Positions 57,516 to 64,000 of a stretch of 64,000 bases of DNA are shown here, piece after piece. Every line of letters begins with the position of its first letter. Position 1 is the first letter of the stretch. The translations under genes and the position numbers were made by a program. This DNA comes from Gemmatimonadales bacterium (GTDB taxonomy: Bacteria > Gemmatimonadota > Gemmatimonadetes > Gemmatimonadales > GWC2-71-9). Location of the stretch: positions 608,001-672,000 of the forward strand of contig OZ252244.1 of assembly GCA_965249575.1 (NCBI GenBank). The letters run 5' to 3'. Under the pieces are notes generated by a model. That model was not told the DNA's origin. It saw nothing but the letters and a program-made list of their open reading frames with translations, and searched no databases.

Positions 57516-58529
57516 GTGTCGAAGTTACGTCCCACCGCGAGCATCGCGCTCTGGTTTTTTGTGGTTCCGGTCGCCTCGATCGAGCCCGCGGCGGCTCAGA
57601 TTCGCCCCGACCAGATGCGGGGCACGTGGGAGCAGGTCTCCACGCGCAACTTGGAGACAGGTGTCCTCGAAAACATCGGCGAGACTCGCGCCACGTGGCT
57701 CAAGTTCACCGGCTCGATCGCCTCCCAGATCTGGATGACGCGGGAGGGCCTCGTCGTACAGCCAGCTGAGCTGCGACGGCTCTCGGCCGAGCGTCAGAAG
57801 GAAGCGAACTACGCCAAGATCTGGGACGCCGAAGGAAATCCGCAATTCTCCGCGCTGGCCGGCTGCTACCGCCTCGACGGTTCCATGATGTATTTCACGC
57901 TGATACTGAATCTCCAGCCCACGAGTACGAATGGCAGCGGGATAGACACCATCGTGCAACTGGACGACCGGACCCTGGCGTACCGTACCGGCCGCACCCC
58001 AGAGGGCGGTTGGAGCCGGGAGCAAACCTACCGACGCGTGGATCGCGCATCAGCGCCGGGGCGCGCGATCGGCATGACATTTGATCCACAGCACCTCATC
58101 GGCACCTGGCAAACCACCCAGACCCGGAACCTCACGACTGGAGCCGTCGAACGCCTTCCCGCGACCAAGACGGCCTGGTTTCAGATCTCCGATTCGACGT
58201 GGACGTACATCACGATGAACAAGGACCGACCCATCGTCACGCAGCAGCAATTCGCCGGTATGTCGCAACAGGACAGGATGGCGGCGAACTACGCCAAGAT
58301 CTGGGATGAACGCGGACAGAACCGATTCTGGGGAAGCGCTGGAACGTACCGGCTCCACAACGACAGCATCACGTTCGTGCAGCGGACGATCTCGCTGGAG
58401 CCCTGGATGGTAAAGGTCAATGAGGTGACGGAGATGATCGTTCGACTCGATCGGGGGGCCTACGTCACCCGCTCGAAGCCCGACTCGAACGGGGTGGTGC
58501 GGGAATTCGTGAGTAGGCGAGTGGATTGA
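57516..58529 (+). CDS. Secreted protein with two tandem lipocalin-like domains
   Basis: Signal peptide; repeated GTW...TRNL.TG...ANYAKIWD..G...F...AG.YRL. Confidence 0.75.
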   Translation: MSKLRPTASIALWFFVVPVASIEPAAAQIRPDQMRGTWEQVSTRNLETGVLENIGETRATWLKFTGSIASQIWMTREGLVVQPAELRRLSAERQKEANYAKIWDAEGNPQFSALAGCYRLDGSMMYFTLILNLQPTSTNGSGIDTIVQLDDRTLAYRTGRTPEGGWSREQTYRRVDRASAPGRAIGMTFDPQHLIGTWQTTQTRNLTTGAVERLPATKTAWFQISDSTWTYITMNKDRPIVTQQQFAGMSQQDRMAANYAKIWDERGQNRFWGSAGTYRLHNDSITFVQRTISLEPWMVKVNEVTEMIVRLDRGAYVTRSKPDSNGVVREFVSRRVD

Positions 58530-58635
58530 AGAAGAATTCTCCGCGCCTCGCTGCCGGGGCTTGACCGCACTATGCTTTGATGCTCACCTTCCGCCTGTCA
58601 GTTCAAGTCGGCAACCCTCGACGGAGAAGCGAGCC

Positions 58636-59235
58636 ATGGTCGGGCGCACCTTAGCGTGCGGCGGGTTACTCGTCGCACTTACCGTTCCATCGTTGGCTCA
58701 GGATCGCCCGATGCTGGGACCCAAGGACGGTACCGACCTCCAACCGATGGACCTCGATCGGGTGAGCGTTGGGGTTGCCGCCCCAGATTTCACCCTCGAG
58801 GCGCTCGACGGAAGTCACATCACGCTGTCCGACCACCGGGGTCGGATGAAGGTGGTGTTGGTCTTCTATCGGGGGCATTGGTGACCCTACTGCGCCCGTC
58901 AGCTCGGGGAGCTGAGAACACTGCTGGACGAGCAGCGAAAAGCGGACACGCGGATCCTGGCTGTGTCGATCGATGGCAAGGAAGATCTTCAGAGAACGAT
59001 CGACCGAATATCGGAGGAGGACAAACGGCTTCCGGATTTCCCCTTCCTCTCCGACCCGGGACACCGGGTCATAGACCGATACGGCCTGCTCAACCCTGCG
59101 GGACGCGGCTGGCCTCACCCGACAACGTTCGTGATCGACGAGGAGGGCGTCGTGCGCTGGAAGTTCGTCGAGACGGACTACAAGATCCGGCCGACGAACG
59201 AGCAAATCCTGCGGGCCGTCGCCGACATCCCATAA
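58636..59235 (+). CDS. Peroxiredoxin-like (AhpC/TSA) probable selenoprotein, UxxC
   Basis: APDFTL...VVLVFYRGHW-TGA-PYCARQLGEL...AVSID...FLSDPG...PTTFVID..G.VRW in one frame; TGA at 58882-58884. Confidence 0.88.
58899..58915 (+). promoter_or_regulatory. Candidate bacterial SECIS hairpin
   Basis: TCAGCTC-GGG-GAGCTGA, 14 nt after the in-frame TGA. Confidence 0.6.
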
Positions 59236-59251
59236 CGCAGGCCATCCACTA

Positions 59252-59794
59252 ATGACCACTCGGGCTCAATGGTACCTGGTTGGTGCTATTGTCCTCTTGC
59301 TGGGGACGGGGCTGTTCGCCCTCACCCACTATCAGGCTGGCAAACTCCCGGCCGTCGCCGTGGGATCCGAGGCGCCTGCGTTTGAGGCAGTTACGCTGGA
59401 TGCGACCCCGGAGCGGCGGCGACTCGAGGACTACCACGGTCGGTTGATCCTCCTCAATGTCTGGGCGACATGGTGCTTGCCCTGTCGTGACGAGATGCCG
59501 AGCATCCAACGCCTGTACGACGAATATCGCGACCAAGGACTCGCGGTCGTCGCGGTGAGCGTCGACGATCCCGGGGCGGATGACGATATTCGGGAGTTCG
59601 TCCAGGAGTTTGGACTCACTTTCGATATACTGCACGATCCCCAGGGATCGATCATGCAGGGATACCAGCTCACGGGTGTCCCTGAATCGTTCCTGATTGA
59701 TGCCAATGGTAGGATCCGCCGCAAGGCATTCGCTACCGACTGGTTTTCCGAGAACAACCGGGCCGTGGTGGAGGCGCTCCTCCCAACCGATTGA
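59252..59794 (+). CDS. TlpA/ResA-family thiol-disulfide oxidoreductase
   Basis: N-terminal TM, LLNVWATWCLPCRDEMP, GVPESFLID. Confidence 0.93.
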   Translation: MTTRAQWYLVGAIVLLLGTGLFALTHYQAGKLPAVAVGSEAPAFEAVTLDATPERRRLEDYHGRLILLNVWATWCLPCRDEMPSIQRLYDEYRDQGLAVVAVSVDDPGADDDIREFVQEFGLTFDILHDPQGSIMQGYQLTGVPESFLIDANGRIRRKAFATDWFSENNRAVVEALLPTD

Positions 59795-59905
59795 CCGTCG
59801 GCGGCGCCGCGGCCTCACGCGTACGCCGCGGCATCGTCACAAGGGGTCCCCTGACCCGGACGTGGGCGGCGAGACTCACATCGCACGGGCCCCTGCGGCA
59901 AGGAC

Positions 59906-60973
59906 ATGACCAAAGACGGCAAGATCGGTTTTGGGTTGGTCGGTAGCGGGATGGCGGGGGGGACGCACGCCAAAGAGCTGGCGTTCGTCGAGGGGGGCGA
60001 GCTCGTCGCCGTGTGTTCCCGCAATGAGGCCAAGGTCCGGCACTTCGCAAAAGAATACGGGGTGACGGGATACTACACCGACTGGCGACGGCTGCTGGAC
60101 GACGATGCAGTGGACGTAGTGTGCGTTCTCAACCCAACCGGACACCACGCCGAGGTCACCATCGCCGCGTCCCAGGCCGGCAAGCACGTGCTGGTCGAGA
60201 AACCGCTCGAGATTGACCTGCAACGCGCCGACGAGATGATTCGCACGTGCCGGGCCAATCGGACCAAACTGGGCGTCATCTTTCAGATGCGCTTCGGCTC
60301 GGTCGCGGCCCGGCTCAAGGAGGCGGCCGACGCCGGTGCCTTTGGCCGGGTGTTCCTGGCCGACGCCATCGACAAGTCGAGTCGAACCGCGGCTTATTAC
60401 GCCTCGGCCGCGTGGAGGGGGACGCGAGAGCTGGAAGGCGGTGGCTGTCTCATGACCCAGTCGATTCACATTATCGACCTCCTACAGCACGTCGTCGGAC
60501 CCGTGCAGTCCGTGATCGGGCGTGTGGCCACGAAGCAACACGACATCGAAGTCGAAGACACGGCATCGGCACTCGTTCGCTTTCAGAATGGGGCCATGGG
60601 CGTGATCGAGAGCACGACGTCCGTCAAGCCGGCGCTCAAGTCTCGTCTCGAGATCCACGGCGAGAAGGGCACGGTCGTGGTGAACGCACAATACGACCAA
60701 TTCCTTTTCTGGAACCTCGACGGCGACGCCAGCCCACCACCCGTGGAGCCGGAGGTCACGCTCGGTGACATCGACGACCCGTGGGCATATCCCCAGACCC
60801 GCCATCGCGTGCAACTGCAGGACATGGTCGACGCGATTCGTCAGGATCGTGACCCCGTGTTGACTGGCGAAGACGCGCGGAAATCGCTTGCTATCATCAT
60901 GGCGATCTACGAGTCGTCTCGAACGGGACGGGAGGTCACGGTCGACCAGGGCCCACACGCGGCCCGTGAGTAG
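59906..60973 (+). CDS. Gfo/Idh/MocA family oxidoreductase
   Basis: GLVGSG, GKHVLVEKP, WRGT...GGGCLMTQSIH. Confidence 0.92.
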   Translation: MTKDGKIGFGLVGSGMAGGTHAKELAFVEGGELVAVCSRNEAKVRHFAKEYGVTGYYTDWRRLLDDDAVDVVCVLNPTGHHAEVTIAASQAGKHVLVEKPLEIDLQRADEMIRTCRANRTKLGVIFQMRFGSVAARLKEAADAGAFGRVFLADAIDKSSRTAAYYASAAWRGTRELEGGGCLMTQSIHIIDLLQHVVGPVQSVIGRVATKQHDIEVEDTASALVRFQNGAMGVIESTTSVKPALKSRLEIHGEKGTVVVNAQYDQFLFWNLDGDASPPPVEPEVTLGDIDDPWAYPQTRHRVQLQDMVDAIRQDRDPVLTGEDARKSLAIIMAIYESSRTGREVTVDQGPHAARE

Positions 60974-60983
60974 CCGCTAGCCA

Positions 60984-61460
60984 ATGCGCCGGCTGGGAGC
61001 CCTTCTCGAAACCATCGTGGCCGTCACCCTGGGCGCGATGGCCGCCCTCGTCATTTACCAGGTCGCCGCGCGCTACGGACTCGGACGCCCTCCAAGCTGG
61101 ACAGAGGAGCTCGCCCGATACCTCCAGGTGTGGTTGGTGCTGCTCGCCGCACCAGTGTGCCTCGAGCGCGGCCTGCACCTCGCGGTTGACTATGTGACCC
61201 CCCGTCTTCCGGCCACACCTCGCCGCATCGTGCGTACGGGCGTCTTGTTGCTCATTCTCGTCTTCTCGACCCTGCTGCTCGTCTATGGCGTCAGGCTCTT
61301 GCGGGTGGCAGCCGTTCAGGTGTCACCCGCGCTCGGGATCTCCATGGTGTGGCCCTACCTCGCGCTTCCGGTCAGCGGTGCGTTGTTGGCCTTGGAGAGC
61401 ATCGTGCTCATCGCCAAGGGGAAGAGCGCCGCTGAGGGTGCAGTGGAAGAGGGTCTATGA
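60984..61460 (+). CDS. TRAP transporter small permease (DctQ)
   Basis: WTEELARY..VW, HLAVD, SPALGISM. Confidence 0.92.
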   Translation: MRRLGALLETIVAVTLGAMAALVIYQVAARYGLGRPPSWTEELARYLQVWLVLLAAPVCLERGLHLAVDYVTPRLPATPRRIVRTGVLLLILVFSTLLLVYGVRLLRVAAVQVSPALGISMVWPYLALPVSGALLALESIVLIAKGKSAAEGAVEEGL

Positions 61461-62725
61461 TTGCCGCGCTCTTCCTCTGCCTCGCCGCGCTCCTGGTACT
61501 GGGCGTTCCGGTCGCATTTGCCATCGGTCTGAGCGGCCTCGTCGCCGTCGTCGTGAACGGCCAGATCCCCTACGAGGTAGTCCCCCAGCGCGCGTTCGCG
61601 GCGCTCAACTCCTGGGCGCTCATGGCTGTGCCGCTGTTCATCCTCGCGGGCGAGCTGATGAACGCTTGCGGGATCTCCCGGCGCGCCATCGCGATCATCG
61701 GCCGCCTTCGGGGGGGGCTGCCGATCGTGTCTGTCACATCGTCGATGTTCTTTGCCGGAATCTCCGGAAGCTCCAGCGCGAGCACGGCAGCGGTTGGGTC
61801 CATGATGATCCCCGCGATGGAACGTCGCGGATACCCAAAGCCCTTCGCAGCAGCGCTCCAAGCGGCCGGTGGGGCTATCGGCCCAGTCATACCACCCAGC
61901 ATTATCATGATCGTGATGGGGTACGTGACGGAGACGTCGATTGCGGCCCTCTTCATCGGCGGTGTCGTGCCCGGATTCCTGATCGGCGCCGCGCTCATTG
62001 GCGCGAGTCTAGGGAAAGCGCGCCAGTACGAGACTCGGACTCCGCTGACCGACGAGCAAACGGGCTCGCTGTGGCACGCCCTGTGGCAGGGGCTGCCCGC
62101 GATCGGCATGCCCGTGGTCGTCCTCGGAGGGATCTTGGGCGGTGTCTTTACTGCCACCGAGGCCGCGGGCATCGCTGTGGCGTACAGCCTACTCGTCGGC
62201 TTTGTGTTCTATCGCGAGCTGCGTTGGTCGGATCTACGTCCGCTCCTCGTGAGGGCCGGATTGAGGGCATGCGTTGTCATGTTCGTAGCAACGACTGCCT
62301 ACCTGGTGGCGTGGATTGTAGCGGTGGGACGGGTGCCCGACCAGCTGGGCGGGTTGCTGCAGAACTGGACCGGCAGTCAGCTCACGTTTCTCATTGCGTG
62401 CAACGTCATCCTGATCGTCATCGGGATGTTCATGGAGAGCATATCGGCGATCATCATCATGATGCCCATCCTCTACCCGATTGCCATGCAACTCGGCGTA
62501 GATCCGGTCCATTTCGGCGTCGTTGCGTCAGTGAACTTCTGCATCGGCATGGTGACGCCACCCTACGGCGCGACCCTGTTCGTAGCGTGCACGATATCGG
62601 GGCAGAGCGTTGGCGACGTGGCGCCGTGGACCCTGCGCCCCATCCTCGCCATGGTAGCCGTCCAGGTACTGATCACCCTGTTTCCGGCCACCATTACGGC
62701 GCTCCCCAGGTACTTCGGCCTCTGA
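61457..62725 (+). CDS. TRAP transporter large permease (DctM)
   Basis: AVPLFILAGELM, GISGSS, IPPSI, FTATEA, TPPYG. Confidence 0.93.
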   Translation: MIAALFLCLAALLVLGVPVAFAIGLSGLVAVVVNGQIPYEVVPQRAFAALNSWALMAVPLFILAGELMNACGISRRAIAIIGRLRGGLPIVSVTSSMFFAGISGSSSASTAAVGSMMIPAMERRGYPKPFAAALQAAGGAIGPVIPPSIIMIVMGYVTETSIAALFIGGVVPGFLIGAALIGASLGKARQYETRTPLTDEQTGSLWHALWQGLPAIGMPVVVLGGILGGVFTATEAAGIAVAYSLLVGFVFYRELRWSDLRPLLVRAGLRACVVMFVATTAYLVAWIVAVGRVPDQLGGLLQNWTGSQLTFLIACNVILIVIGMFMESISAIIIMMPILYPIAMQLGVDPVHFGVVASVNFCIGMVTPPYGATLFVACTISGQSVGDVAPWTLRPILAMVAVQVLITLFPATITALPRYFGL

Positions 62726-63780
62726 TGGCGATACCCTCGCGCTGGTTTCAGCGCAGGCCGCCTCCCACCCGGCTTCGATGCCTGCCGGCGCTCGGGGTGC
62801 TCATCTCGAGCCTGCTCGTCGGTTCCTGCAGCTCGGACCGCGACGATCGCACCATCGTCATCAAGGCCAGCTCGAGCAGCGCGGCCAACGAGCCATCGGT
62901 TCGCGCCATGGAGATGTTCGGCCGGGAGCTTGCCACCCGAACCAACGGACGAATGCGAGTCGAGGTCTACCCGAACAACGCCCTCGGCAACGAGCGCGAG
63001 GTCATCGAGCTCCTCATCATCGGCGCCGTGGAACTGGCATCGCCCTCCAATGCGCCACTGGCCACGTTCGTGCAGGAGATGCTGATCTTCGATCTCCCCT
63101 TCTTGTTTCGAAGCCGTGAACACATGTACGCGGTGCTCGACGGCCCCGTGGGTCAGCGCTTCATCGAGCCGCTCCACGGGCGCGGGCTACAGCTCCTCGG
63201 GTACTTCGAGGCAGGCCTCAGACACCTAATGACCGTCGAGAAGCCGATCGAGCGCTTTCAGGACCTCGCGGGCTTGAAGATCCGAACCATGGAGAACCCG
63301 CTGCACCTGCGTGCGTTCCACGCCTTTGGAGCGAGCCCCCTGCCCATGGCATACGGCGAGCTGTACTCTGCGCTTGAACAGGGCGTGATCGACGGAGCAG
63401 AGGCCGCGAGATCGAACTACCACTCCAAACGGTTTTACGAGGTCGCCCCGAACTGGTCCGAAGTCGGCTGGATGTATTTGGTCTCACCGCTGGTCATGAG
63501 CGAGCGCTTCTATTCCCGACTCTCGGCAGACGACCAGCGTACGGTACAGGAGGCGGCCGCCGCCGCCATCGCTTGGGAGCGCCAGGAGTATCAACGGCAG
63601 GACGCAGCCGCGCTCGAGAAGCTCCAGGCGGCAGGGGTTCGGATGACGACTCCCGACCGCACGGCTTTCCTGGCGGCGGCACGAGAGGTCTGGCGGGCGT
63701 CGCAGGACTTCGTCGACCTGGATTTGGTGGAGTCCATCGTAGCGTCAGGGGAAGGCAGTGCCGGGTCGGACGATCGTTGA
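62725..63780 (+). CDS. TRAP substrate-binding protein (DctP)
   Basis: VEVYPN..LG.E, FDLPFLF, GLKIRTM, ELYSALEQGVIDGAE; TGATG overlap. Confidence 0.92.
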   Translation: MAIPSRWFQRRPPPTRLRCLPALGVLISSLLVGSCSSDRDDRTIVIKASSSSAANEPSVRAMEMFGRELATRTNGRMRVEVYPNNALGNEREVIELLIIGAVELASPSNAPLATFVQEMLIFDLPFLFRSREHMYAVLDGPVGQRFIEPLHGRGLQLLGYFEAGLRHLMTVEKPIERFQDLAGLKIRTMENPLHLRAFHAFGASPLPMAYGELYSALEQGVIDGAEAARSNYHSKRFYEVAPNWSEVGWMYLVSPLVMSERFYSRLSADDQRTVQEAAAAAIAWERQEYQRQDAAALEKLQAAGVRMTTPDRTAFLAAAREVWRASQDFVDLDLVESIVASGEGSAGSDDR

Positions 63781-64000
63781 ACAGGTACGGGTCATTGACG
63801 GGACGGGCGCCCCAGCCTTCCTCTCCGACGTCGCGCTGAGCAACCGCCGCATCGAGGCGATTCAGCCGAGCCTGGAATCCGTGGCGGCGGACTGCCGGAT
63901 CGATGGCCGGGACCTCGTGTTGACACCTGGGTTCATCGACGTGCACACCCATTCGGACCTCACCGTCCCCGCTGATCCACGCACCGTCAGCCAGTCCACT
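63758..64000 (+). CDS. N-acyl-D-amino-acid deacylase-like amidohydrolase (partial, runs off window)
   Basis: VIDGTGAP...DV...IDGRDLVLTPGFIDVHTHSD read by hand from GTG 63758. Confidence 0.85.
   Translation, partial: MPGRTIVEQVRVIDGTGAPAFLSDVALSNRRIEAIQPSLESVAADCRIDGRDLVLTPGFIDVHTHSDLTVPADPRTVSQST

Noticed and set aside
61285..62724. Apparent 831-aa DctP fusion
   Set aside because: The first 480 codons overlap dctQ/dctM out of frame; DctP starts at ATG 62725.

Overview
High-GC bacterial chromosome segment; gene content and order resemble Gemmatimonadota (inference). 1-24 kb is mostly housekeeping: HD-GYP phosphodiesterase, lnt, SpoIID, hemL, rimO, yajQ, sigma-70, sigma-54 response regulator, thpR, larE, GalT-like/TreT pair, DUF4105, octaheme-TPR protein, mgtE. 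24-37 kb is a patchwork of small genes and remnants: truncated IPCT/DIPPS, csp, a Cys-rich miniprotein, ADH, an fdx-brx-iscA trio, three small ORFs bracketed by ~80-bp direct repeats, and a TPR regulator with deiodinase-like, cysteine hydrolase and SDR genes. 37-40 kb is the remnant of a large-serine-recombinase element inserted in comM. 42-54.5 kb is an uncharacterised catabolic cluster (flavin amine/opine-type dehydrogenase, sugar-type ABC transporter, DHDPS-family enzyme, LysA-like decarboxylase, SDRs, class III aminotransferase). 57.5-60 kb holds a probable exported UxxC selenoprotein, split by the ORF caller and followed by a SECIS-like hairpin, next to a TlpA. The window ends in a Gfo/TRAP/D-aminoacylase operon. 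Several genes carry single-base frameshifts or in-frame TAG codons that may be sequencing errors or real decay. No rRNA, intact tRNA or CRISPR array was seen. All family calls come from motif recognition by eye, not database searches.
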